A stretch of 64,000 bases of DNA, from the NCBI GenBank assembly GCA_951406725.2, contig OX597814.1, forward strand, positions 111,166,001 to 111,230,000, given 5' to 3'. Each line of letters starts with the position of its first letter. The first letter of the stretch is position 1. Below are positions 39,511 through 51,926 of this stretch, piece after piece. The position numbers were made by a program, and so were the translations under genes. The notes beneath the pieces are model-generated. The model saw only the letters and a program-made list of their open reading frames with translations, searched no databases and had not been told where the DNA came from. This stretch comes from Octopus vulgaris (lineage: Eukaryota).

Positions 39511-42500
39511 ATTCATACTTATGCACATTTATTTCTTTCACACGAACATTTTAGAAACAATAGCTTGATTATGTAGGCCGACACTCATTTTGATTAATCT
39601 CATAAAGCTAGGGTAATAGATTCATTAGGAAAGACACTGGCGTGAGAAATTGGTTGTTAGTTTATGTGACTGTGCAGATGTTGTTTTGAACAATTCTTGA
39701 TTTATTTCTGGCTGTGTGAAGAAAACTACACACTTTATTTCATTATAAAGTCAATAAGAAGCACCAAATCCATGATGGTGGTGGAGTGGTGGAATTGTTA
39801 GGATGTTGAACTGGATGTTTTGTGATATGGTATTTTTCCTAACCCTTTGCATTCAGGGTTCAAATCCCATCATGGTTTTATCACAGATATATTGTATTGT
39901 TGGTTTGCCGTGATTGACAAAAGATGAAGGATAAGAGATGATGGCAGTCAAGTTCCAATCAGGCTGTGGATAATGAATGCATGGCACTCATGATAAATTA
40001 ACAAGATTTATTTCATCACACAAGTAATTTTCATGGCGATTATGAATTAAAAATTGCAACAACACAGTCGGCACACGGGAAAGAATTATTCTTTAGCTTT
40101 TACAAATAGTTGATTGAAAAGGCTGTGTAATTAAGCTTGCTAAGACAGAAGAAAATATACACATAGGATTCATTTCTGTAAACTATTAACAGCACATCAA
40201 GAGTAACAGCTATGATAACGACTATTAAAAACAGCGAGAGTATATGGAGTCGAGCTGTGGGCCATCACACACTAAGCATTGGCACTCAAAAACGTGATTA
40301 TATATATGCCTGTCAGGATAATATTCTGGAAGCTCCTAGAATGATCTATCACTTGATGTCTGACTGCTGCTGGGTCCATAACTTAACTGCTCACATGAAC
40401 AAGCTGTTGCCATCCTGTGATTTTAACTTGGTAATTTGACAATTCAGTTTCATGTCTTGCTACAGTTTATATGACAGCTAAATGGTGGAGTTGTTAGAGT
40501 CAGTGGAACGAATACGCCACAGTATTTGTTCCGACTCTCTGCACGTTGAATACAGATCCAGCCCAGATGAACTTTGCCGTTCAGTTTTTCTGGGTTGATA
40601 AAAATATCCCTATCCAGGTTGATGAACTGGTGGAAATTTAAGAAGGTCAGACCAGCAGCTTTGTGGCATCTTTCCCAGATCTTTGCATTCTGATTTCAAT
40701 CTTGTCATAATTTGCATGGTAGAATTAAAGCAATCGATGGGTTTAATACTACCGCCTGGTGCCTTCTGTGCTTTAAGGGAAGTCCCCTATGTTACAAGCA
40801 TTCAGATGAGGTCTCCGGCTTGAAGAGAGGATACCTCTCTCCCTCTCCCTTCGCCCCTTCTGTAAGGGGTCAAGAGTATGACCATCTCTCCTGACTAAAC
40901 AATAAATGAAATGCTTATAAGATGACGAAAGCAAATCATCCAGTTATGATTAAAGCTTGGAATGAAAATTCTTCCTCTCTGACAAACATTTTCATTATTT
41001 CTGACCAAAACATTGCATGGAAGTGGGTAGAGGTGCTGTTAAAATACAAGGGTCTACAAACTGAACAATATTTTCATCTAAAATTTGGAGAAATGACCCC
41101 AATGGCAAGGTAACTTTGTATCCCAACTGAATAATTAATTTAAGAAGATATGTTCTCAAAACAAAAAATGACAACAAACTTGGAAATATAACATTTAAAA
41201 CAAGGAAGGCATAACAAAAACACAAATAAGCAAAAATAACAATCTACGAGGATAAAAACATTGAAGATATTTACCATGAGTGAAACAAATTGAATAATAA
41301 TAAAATCAAATAAAACTCTGGTATATTTACAGAATACTAACCAGCAAAATCTAAATCAGAACAACACAAGCAGAAATAAAAATAAAAGGGAATATGAAAA
41401 AAATTGAAGAATATGGAATTCTAAAGAAGGAAATTATGAATATGTTAATAATCCTAAGGTGGAAATAGTTAATGAAATAGAATCGTTAGATCTTCCAATG
41501 AAATATCTCTACAGTATCTCTCAAAGATGAAACTTAATGATGCAACAGCAACAGGCCTAGTCATTGCACAATGAAAACAAACACAAGCATCAATATCACC
41601 AGGATAAACGAAATGATATATACATCTTACTATCAAAATCTGAGCAAATGTAAAAAACAAACATTCAAAGAGAGATAGGAAATAAAGATATCTCAATTCT
41701 TTACGAAATCAATAACAAAGAGATAGAAATGGGAAAAAAATGTTACGAATATGTTTGAAATATAACATAACAATGAAAGTAGCTGATTTCAAATAATGCT
41801 TAAAACAAGACATAATAAAATGCAAAAAAATGTCATCGGGAGAAGTGAAAACTATTCTTGAACAAAACAGATTGTTCAACTCTAACTAAATCGATTTTAT
41901 TAAAGTCGATATGATATCAAAATAGAAATCAATGCGATATCAACAGCGAGGAAAGTATAAAAATTTTTGAATGGGAGTATGGACATTAAGAGAATCACCA
42001 TTGGTGTCCTTGTCCACAAAGCACCTCTTCAATCATGGGATGTCAAATCAAGAAATAACTCATACGTTAAAAGAAAAGCAAACAAGAAACAGGAAGACTT
42101 CAGGAAATGGAACTTTAAATTGAAATATTTAACAAACACACATGCTGAATGAACTGGAAATGACACCAGAATGACTCGGTAAAGAGAAAGGTGACAAAGA
42201 TAGATAAACAGCAAACTTTAAAAACTGAGTGTACCCTTAATCTGCTTTCCTATAATTTCAATGATAGGTTTGAGTTTTTCAATTTAACTTCTATCATCAA
42301 TCATTTACATCAGGAGTCTGTCTTAGAACATTTGTTAGATGTTACAACTACGGCAGAAATAAAATTGTCCATTAGGCAATCACCATTTGGCAAGACGGCC
42401 CATTTACATTCCTGTATGGGAGAATGGAAGAGAGCTGCTGCTCAGGGGATTCCTGCATTTGTTCTGCTGGCTATAAGCAAAAGAACCACGTTCTTAGCAA

Positions 42501-43318
42501 TTTAACGATCCTTTTACAATCTATTTGTAGAGTGGGATAAAACTTCCTTCCCTTTCATTACTGATGAGATCTTTGCTTTCGCAGTTTGACTGGATCAATA
42601 CTTACCTCATGGACATTATGAATCCAAGAATACTTGGGGAATAGTCCAAGCTAGTCTTCGAGACCTCAGGACAGCGAGGATATGAATAACTGCCAGACAT
42701 TTGTATTCTGTCAAATAGATCAAGTTTAGTCTTCTATACATGTACGGGTGTGTATGTGTGGGTGTGTGTGTGTGCTGTGAAGGTAATGAACAAAACAGAA
42801 AAGAAGACAATATGTGAGGAACAAGTTTTAACATTTTAACAAATATGGCTTTAATTTAATGCTTAAAGGGAAGGGAAAGAATCTTGGTGCTTCGGGCAAT
42901 AGTCCTTCATACAAAGAAAGATGGAGAAGAAAAATAAAAGAGAAAAATCAATGAGAAAAGTTGGTTGGAGATAAAAAGGAAGGATTTATTTGCCAGGGGA
43001 GAATGTAGTTTCATGGGATGAGTTAGGGAGGGAGTGGGAGGGTTTCTGTGTTTAGTGATAAGCACGGGGGTAGGGTAAGTGTGTAAGATGCATGTGGTTT
43101 TTTTGAGGGTGTGTAGGTGTGTGGAGAAAATATAAATGAAGAATAGAAAAACTAGTTAGGGGTCTGTAAAGGTTGCAAGATAAAATGCAAAGTGTTGGAA
43201 GTAAAGTCATAGCACCTGGCAGCAGTTGTAAGCAATTGGAATGAAGAAAAAAGATTTGGTTTTTAAAAAAGGATTTTTCAATAATTGTTTTGTTATACAG
43301 TAGTAGAGATATCTAAGA

Positions 43319-43509
43319 CAGGGGCCACTAAAGTGGTCAATATCGATCCCCAAGGGTCGGTGGGACTATTCATGAGGTTGATAAATGCCTGGAAACTGCA
43401 CATCTACTAATTATTATTATTATTTATTTTCTTGTACATGCTTGGGGATTGATGAGGGAGTCAAGGATTTCACGAAGGGGTCAATGGTCTAAAAAGTTTG
43501 GGGACCCTG
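43319..43509. mobile_element. hAT (Charlie-like) MITE
   Basis: CAGGGG...CCCTG ends; 8-bp TSD atctaaga/atttaaga with one mismatch. Confidence 0.7.
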
Positions 43510-44269
43510 ATTTAAGATGATGAAATGGAAAAATCCAGTGGTAAATGCCAGAAGTAAAACAGGCAGAGGAGAAAATTCTAAAACCTTGTGTGGTGGAGGA
43601 GGAAGCTGGATGGAGAGGAGAGCAAGGATAAATAACAAGAAGAGTGAAGAATGTGTGCGTGTGTGTGTGTGTTAATGAGAGATGTGGTAGTCAAGCTAAG
43701 TGGGTGCGTGCACATGTGTAAGAAGGCTGGAAGACTCAGGGGCAAGGATTGGCTGTTGTTGGGAGCAATAGTCAAACCAGAGATGAAAGTGTTAAAAGCA
43801 ATCGAAAATCAAGATAGGAATGATGGGTGGGAGAAAGTTATGTGAGGGAAAAAACATATGTTGCAAGCGTATGAAGGTGTGTGAGTGATTGTGCGTTCTT
43901 GAACAATTATATTTATATGTGTGTGTAGAATGAAAGTGAGTTTATATGTGAGTGTGTGTGTTGAGTGGGGGTTATACAGGAGCAGAGAGTAGGTATGTAT
44001 GTCTTAGTTAGCAAGAGAATGTGTGTGTAGGTGTGCTGGTGTAAGTACTGGTTAAGGGGGAAAGAAGGTGGAGATAGGATGTGTGTGAGAGTTCTGAAGA
44101 TGTGTATGGTGGCGGTGATTGTGTGTTCATGGAAACGGCATTGGTTTATTAAGAGTAAGTGGTGAGTATGTGGTGGATGGAGTAATTGGGATGTTAAGAG
44201 CATAAGTGGGTTGTGTGGAGTCGTGTGTTAGAGGGGAGAACGAATAAAGCAACAAGGTAGAAAGAAGGT

Positions 44270-44640
44270 TAGAGGAATTGTGGAGGAGTTGAAATCGAAA
44301 GGTTTGGAAAGAGAAAATGAACTCCTATTCCTCTTGGATATGAGTAGTGGATGAGGCAGGAGTGGCAGCCATGCCAAAGATGTGAAATCTTGCGTGGAAT
44401 GGTTAGCAGAGCAGAAATGTCGAGAGACAGGAGACTCATTGCCAAGTCAGATGTCTCTGAGGTGCTTTGTGAACCTATCAACCAGTCAGTAACTGGTTTG
44501 TCTGATGTTGAAAAGATTGCTGAGGGGGGAATAGTAGAGGGAACATTATATATATATCTATAATATAAATTGGACATGGACGATCGTTGTATTCTTTCTT
44601 GTCTTGAGGTTCACAGCCAAACGGCTGGGTGGATTTGCGT
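44270..44640 (-). pseudogene. PLE GIY-YIG endonuclease relic
   Basis: Minus frame IRQTSY*LVDRFTKHLRDI*LGNESPVSRHFCSANHS; followed by a long pyrimidine-rich tail and a decayed hammerhead near 42883-42916. Confidence 0.65.
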
Positions 44641-45226
44641 GAACAATGGCACACATGTGGAGACAGGTGCATAGGTTGGGATGCGGTTTGTATTGTTTTC
44701 ATAGCCCCCATACTTACCGAGAAGAATGATTAAAACTTTTTCTAATGGAATTCTCCTGTTTGTTCTGCCATTAAAACAACCAGTTGCTCACAGAGCCGGC
44801 ATATACCATTTCACTAGCGATAAGGGGAGTATAGGATGACAGTCAGTCAAAACTTTCGCTATGCAGTCTTTCTTCTTTCACCTCTTTGTGGGGTTAATAA
44901 TCTTAATCTTTAGTTATAGTTTCTCATTCAAACTACATAATACGCAGAATTGTCGGATTAAGACAGTAGGGTGTTTTGAAGGAGATTTGGCTGCTATTTC
45001 TACCAGGTCTAGCTACCAATTAGAGGTCTGAACTTAATTTTCATTCTCATATTTGCATTTCAAAAATTTAACATAATCTTTTCCATAAATCAACTATCGT
45101 AAAAATTTTATACGATGAGCACGCACGCACGCACACACACACATACAATTGCAGCGTGGTAGGTGTTTATAAGCCATTTAAGAAACACACAAAACCCGTT
45201 AGATTCACTTCAACATTTAAATTTAA

Positions 45227-45277
45227 TTTGTCAAAATATTTTCGTCGCTTTGAGACCGCGACCTGTTCACTGACAAA
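45227..45277 (-). ncRNA. Minimal hammerhead ribozyme, G3:C8 core variant
   Basis: TTTGTCA-GTGAACA-G-GTCGC-GGTCTCAAA-GCGAC-GAAA-ATAT-T-T-TGACAAA; stem I 7 bp and stem II 5 bp, both perfect. Confidence 0.75.
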
Positions 45278-46247
45278 ACTTCGTGTTGCATCACGAAGAA
45301 TATAATGTAGAATATAATTACGTATATTCCAACTAATGAAATATTTCGCCTTGTATAAGAAAAATTAATTTTAAATGTTTTAATATGTGTCGGAGCATTT
45401 TTTATGTGTTCGCTCCACCTAACTTTAGAACCTGAGTAAGCCTCTAAATGAATGTATGTATGTATAATATATGTTATATAACTATTATAATAAATGTGTG
45501 TGATGTGGTAGTCGTGACATAAATCTTTTGTTTTTTGTGGTGGTTTTCATCTGTAGCTGTTTTTTGTAATCTAGTAATATGAGATGATATTAAGTGTAAT
45601 AACTTTTATCTACCGGGAAAGCTTTGTGCGAGTTTCCAGTACGTAAAACTGTTTCTAATTGCGTTACTGTGTGATTATTACGAATTTTGCGAGTGTCCTC
45701 GCTGTTCACACAGTTTAAAACCTGACTGAAGGACAAATTGCTGTAAACAAAGAAGACAGATTTTTATGGTGCCTGAGAAGCTAAATGAGCGGTTTATGAA
45801 CGAATAAATAATTATGACGAAACAAAACAAAACCCTAAAAAGATGAAAGGGAAAAGGAAAGGCAAAGGAAAACATACGTACATGTGCCTATACTCTTCTC
45901 CCCCCACAACTCATCTTCCTATCTCCCCCCTTCCCTCCATCCACCCATGTTCACCACTCACTGCATTCCCGTCACCCCTCTCTCTCACTTTCCTTTCACA
46001 CTCTCGTAAGTCTCTCTCCCCAACAATTCATCTTCCTAGCCACCTCCCCTCAATTTGCCTTCACTCACTGCATTCCCATCCGCACCACCTCCCACTCTTG
46101 TTTCACTCTCTTGTGATCTTACCTGCCCACTCACCCTACTTTTGTTAACATATTTTCCACTTAAATGTGGCTAACCCTTAAGGGTTGATGCTACTGTACC
46201 TTGTAGCTCCAGGAAGATATCTCTTCCAGCTGGCTATTGACACCTTC

Positions 46248-46287
<40 letters not shown>

Positions 46288-46527
46288 GCACGTAAAAAAC
46301 ACCAACTGACTGTAGCCGTTGCCAGCCTCCCCTGGCACTTGTGCCGGTGGCACGTAAAAAGCAACCACTACACTCACGGAGTGGTTGGCATTAGGAAGGA
46401 CATCCAGCTGTAGAAACACTGCCAGATCAGACTGGAGCCTGGTGCAGCCTCCTGGCTTCCCAGACCCCAGTCGAACCGTCCAACCCATGCTAGCATAGAA
46501 AACGGATGTTAAACGATGATGATGATG

Positions 46528-46528
<1 letters not shown>

Positions 46529-46564
<36 letters not shown>

Positions 46565-47281
46565 CATGTATATATATATATATGTATGCATGTATATATA
46601 TATATGTATGTATGCATGTATATATATATATATGTATGCATGTATATATATATATATATGTATGTATGCATGTATATATATATACATGTATGTATGCATG
46701 TATATATATATATATGTATGTATGCATGTATATATATATATATGTATGTATGCATGTATATATATATATATGTATGTATGCATGTATATATATATATATG
46801 TATGTATGCATGTATATATATATATATATGTATGCATGTATATATATATATATGTATGTATGCATATATATATGTATGTATGTATGCATGTATATATATG
46901 TGTATGTATGTATGCATGTATATATATATGTATGTATGTATGCATGTATATATATATGTATGCATGTATATATATATGTATGTATGCATGTATATATATA
47001 TATGTATGTATGTATGCATGTATATATATGTATGTATGTATGCATGTATATATATATGTATGTATGTATATATGTATGTATGCATGTATATATATATGTA
47101 TGTATATATGTATATATGTTTATATATATATGTATGTATATATGTATATATATATATGTATGTATTTATATATATATATGTATATATATATATGTATGTA
47201 TTTATATATATATATGTATATATATATATATGTATGTATTTATATATATATATGTATATATATATATGTATGTATATATAA
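46529..47281. repeat. (TA)n/(TATG)n/(TGCA) compound array
   Basis: Directly visible. Confidence 0.97.
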
Positions 47282-48237
47282 ATCCTTAAATCCTTAAAAA
47301 TGTTTTAGCCTGAAGGCCGCGGCCATGCTGGGGCACCACCGCTGAATGAGCTACACTAATTTGTGAATCCACCTCTGATACGTGGCACTTGATCAACAAG
47401 GGAGTTCGATGCTGCTGCCCGCATCCGCGTCTCCTGTTGTGAGGTAGGTTCATCTGGGACTCCCAACAAGAAGAGATCCAGTTTAGTTTTAAAGAAACCC
47501 ACATCCACACCATGTAAGTCTCTCAGGCATTTAGGGAGGATGTTAAAGAGCTGTGGTCCTCTGAAACCCAAGCTGTTGTAGTATCTGGACCTGTACTTTG
47601 ATGGTGATGTTGGAATCCTTGGCACCACGCAGCGGCGCCCCATTCTGCGGTTGGGGTAACTTTGAATGCCAAAGTTTGGGACAAGACCCTCCAGGATTTT
47701 CCAGATGTATATCACCGCATATCTCTCCCGCCTCCGCTCTAGGGAGGAGAGGTTTAATACCTTCAGTCTTTCCCAGTAGCTGATATTTTGCATTGAGACG
47801 ATTCTCTTTGTGTAGCTTCTCTGAATTGCTTCGAGTTCTGCTGTTAGTTTTATATTGTGTGGTGACCACAGTTGGGAGCAGTAGTCCAAGCGGCTGAGGA
47901 CGAATGTTTTCCATAGGACCATCAGTGTCTCCTTCTCTCTTGCTCTGAAAGTTCGGAGAATCCATCCAGCTAGCTGTCTGCATTTTATCACCAGATTAGC
48001 AATATGCACTTGGAAAGATGCACCATTGCTCATGTCAATGCCCAGGTCATGCACTGATTTTGACTCAGGGATTGCAATTCTTCCTGGGCCAGTGTATCCA
48101 GTCTTCACGTCGTTTACCTTTGTGTGCCAGTAGCACAAGGCCTGGAACTTACCTGCATTAAACTGCATGTTGTTGTCCTCAGCCCACCTGTATATTGTGT
48201 CCAGCTCACGTTGCAGATGCGCAATATTTTCAGGGTT
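47282..48237 (-). mobile_element. CR1/L2-type LINE 3' fragment with an open RT C-terminal frame
   Basis: ORF 47356-48168 (MQFNAGKF...DLGI...SRLDYCSQLWSP...LERRRERY); 3' end GGTGCCCCAGCATGGCCGC with an (AAGGATTT) tail. Confidence 0.9.
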
Positions 48238-48365
48238 TTATATATGTATGTATATATACATGTATATATATATATATATATATGTATATGTATGTGTATA
48301 TATATATTTATATATATATATATAACCCATGCTAGCATAGAAAGCGGACGCTAAACAATGATGAT

Positions 48366-48401
<36 letters not shown>

Positions 48402-48422
48402 TATATACACATATATATATAC

Positions 48423-48949
48423 ACATATAAAAACAGATGAGTGGTACAACAAGGTACCAATATTTACTGGAAAATAGCAATCGATACAAATATGATGCTA
48501 TTGTATAGCTTCACTGTGTATATACTAGCAAAGATGTGTGTGCGTGCAACAAGCATGAAAAAATTTGTCCTACCTCTAGGAAGAACATTCGATAAATGGA
48601 CAACCTAGAATTGGATAATGCAGGACTGGTTTCTGACTCTTCAAATACGTTTGACAATGTAAATTTGATCAGTCTTCATCAGGTGCATTTACCTAGACAA
48701 TATTTCAAATGTTACCACATCAATGCCAGTATACTCGCCTGAATGCCTAGCTGTTAACAGAACGAGAACAGTGAAAAAGTTTTCAATGAAAAATAATAAT
48801 GCAATACAAATGTATTACTTTCCAGTAAAATAAAGCCCAATAAGGGTAGAATTATACATATAAAAACAGATGAGTGGTACAACAAGGCACCAATATTTAC
48901 TGGAAAATAGCAATCGATACAAATACAACACTATTGTATAGCTTCACTG
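48423..48949 (-). mobile_element. PLE terminal repeat or retrozyme-like unit with a hammerhead at 48617-48689
   Basis: Direct repeat of about 94 bp at a 433-bp period; AATGCAC-CTGATGA-AGACT...AGTCA-GAAA-CCAG-TC-CTGCATT. Confidence 0.7.
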
Positions 48950-48959
48950 CGTATTTATA

Positions 48960-48996
<37 letters not shown>

Positions 48997-51261
48997 GTAT
49001 GAGAGAGAGAGAGAAAGGAGGGTTGAGGTACAAGATGAAAAGATGAATATGAAAGATAGAATAGGGTAGACAAACAGAAAGGTGGATGGGTAGGTAATTG
49101 TGCTGGAGTGAGAGTTGTATGACAAGAGATTAGGGATAGGGAATGAGTTGCACCCAGAGAATACTAATTCAGGAGAAGTGAAGAAAAGAAATATGGTACT
49201 GCAGAAGACCCGATGGAAGAATGGGTGTTAAAAGATAGGTTTTGCTGGATGGCTTTAAGGCTTGACAGAATCTCAGTTTTACTGAGATGGACAGGTCTTC
49301 TCAAGCATAGCATATTTATTTCTTTATTGCCCACAGGGGGCTAAACATAGAGGGGACAAACAAGGGGATTAAGTCGATTATATCGACCCCAGTGATTTAC
49401 TGGTACTTATTTAATCAACCCCGAAAGGGTGAAAGGCGTCATTCTTCACAGTTCCCCCCATCATCTGCTCTCAGAGATTCAACATCTTGAGGTCAATCTT
49501 TACCACTGCATCCACTATTCACTGGCTTGGGAACGAAATTTGCTCAGGGAGTGCAAACCCAGGTCCCAAAACTTTTACAACCAAGGTCTTATTGTTTTTT
49601 TTTTTTAATTTATTTTTGTTCTTTGTGAAGAAACCTAACTTCAAGCTACTTGGTACAGATCACTTTTTACTCAATTTTCTAAACCTGAGAAAAGTAGGGG
49701 TGCAAATTTTGATTTTGCACCCGACAAAAATTCTTGTGGGGTAGGGTACACTTGCACCCACTGTTTCCAGGGCCCATGCCACTATTCCTCCACTACCCCA
49801 CCTCTCCCTCTCTCTCTCACACGCACACACACCATTCACTCTCCACTACCTCTCCATTTGGAATGCTCTAACAGCATTCATACCCTACTCTTCCTCTTTC
49901 CCCTATATCTATGGTAACTTCTAGCCATTTTCTCTCTCTCTCTCTCTCCCTCTCTCTCACTATATTTACCACTGCCCCCCACCCACTGCCATATTTTCTC
50001 TCACTACCCTTTCCCAACACCTTCTCTGCCCCTCAACATCCTTTCTCATTTTACCTCTTCTTTTCTAACCTACCCTGCACCTTCCTTTCCTTAAACAACC
50101 CTTTCGAGATTCCTCACCATCCCAGTTTATTACTCCCTTCCCCTTAACACCTTGTTAGACACAAACATAAAATGTCCCCTTCTTTGTAAATGGCTAATTA
50201 ATTACATCTGAAATAAAAGTACAACTCTCAGGCACTGGCATGTGATTATCTTGGCTCTTTGATCCTTCGGTTTCCTTTTTCTAAAGAATAAAGTTAGTGA
50301 CCATTGTTTTAGAGGAGCGAAATAAATCACCAAAAAACAATTAAATTTTATTGCTTTGCTGTAAATAATTTGCTTTCTTCTTTTTTATGCAACTTTCCAC
50401 AAACAGACCAGAACTTCTGGTTTGGTTAGAAACAAACGCCCTCAAAATATGTGCCATCCATCCATACTCACTCTTATAATATAGGTTAATCCTTGACTTT
50501 CCTCATCTACGAAACCCACCCTCCCTATTGTCTTCTCTGTCTCCCTCACTCTTCTCTCTTTTCTAAATAACCCCTGACCCTAATCCTTTCTCTTTCCCCA
50601 CTTCTTTGCCATATTCCTTCCCCCAAACACCCTCCACTCTGTTACTCATCCCACAAGGTTCTCTATCACTAATATAAATCTGTTCCTCTCATTTTATTCA
50701 CCGTCCCTTGTCATTCCACATAGAATAATCACAAATCACACCTTCTCCCTTCTATTCTGCCCCCCAATCCCCGCTGTTTATAAGGGCCACTCAGTCTTGC
50801 AAGTTCTTCACAGGTGCTGGTATACTGAGTACATGTTATTGTGGGTGCCTGATGTTAGGAAAGGCAACCAGCCATAGATGCTATGCCAAAGCAGACACAG
50901 GGGCAATGTAGTATGGAACTTTTCCAACCCATATCAGTATGGGAGACTACATTAAATTAGGAGGAAGTTGAAAATGATGATGATGAGGCATGTGAGAGAT
51001 AGATAAATAGATAGCTGTATACATACATACATGCAAATATACGTACATACATACATACATACATACATATATACATACATATATCATGCATATATATATA
51101 TACTAGCATAGCTAGCTGGGCAGTAGAGGCAGTCTGCTCCAGGCAGCACTTTTAAAAGGACACCACTTTTGGGTCTGCTGTAGGTAATGTGTGTTTTTTG
51201 TGGGATCCAGGGATGGCAAACAGAAGGACTACCCCAGGTGGCATACACTCTAGCTACACTA

Positions 51262-51308
<47 letters not shown>

Positions 51309-51655
51309 TAGTTATTGCCAAGCTAACATGGCAGTCCAGAAAAATAGGACAAATGCTGCTGTTGATTAGCTCCAAGAGGCCATCATAGCCTCTAGCTAGC
51401 TATGTGACAACTATTAATATCCAGTACTGCTGCCATAGTCTCCTTTAGAGACACTTATAAATATTAATATTTCTATTTACACGCACACACATAGATATAT
51501 ACTGGATGTAACAGCAAAATTGTCATGTTCACAAATTCTTAAAATTTCTTAAAACCAATAAACAAATCAATTTGCAATTTTCCATTTTTCCAGGTAAGAC
51601 CTCTGGTGATACCAACACCAGTTTTTGTAAGGTTTAGCAAAATACACATTGAGAT

Positions 51656-51926
51656 TTCGTTTTTGGATTTGGTTTGCAAGATTCTTTATATGAGTTCATG
51701 TGTCAAAGCATATTCTGTTGTGTCTGGGGAGAGTCATTTTCTTTTTGTGCCTTATAATGTAACACACTCACCAGTAAAATTTCCACTTATTTCTTATTTT
51801 TATTTTCCTAAAATTTTCGTTGCATCTTGCAACCTTTTCAATAGTCTTGACTCTTGGAAATTTTACCGGTGAGTATGTTACATTATAAGGCACAAAAAAT
51901 AAATGTCTCTCCCCAGACACAACAGA
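51656..51926 (-). mobile_element. PLE fragment with an inverted terminal segment, inserted into the Tc1 element
   Basis: 12-bp TSD acacattgagat (51644 and 51927); inverted arms 51713-51785 and 51856-51927. Confidence 0.7.
51808..51844 (-). ncRNA. Minimal hammerhead ribozyme, U3:A8 core variant
   Basis: CTA-TTGAAAA-G-GTTGC-AAGAT-GCAAC-GAAA-AT-T-T-TAG. Confidence 0.7.

Noticed and set aside
42561-42600. CTGATGA hammerhead core (also near 30408 and 36559)
   Set aside because: No GAAA following a stem II
46234-47297. Long Tyr/Ile/His/Cys-rich ORFs (also at 39122-39576, 52954-54047 and 62468-63508)
   Set aside because: Stop-free frames produced by TA/CA microsatellites
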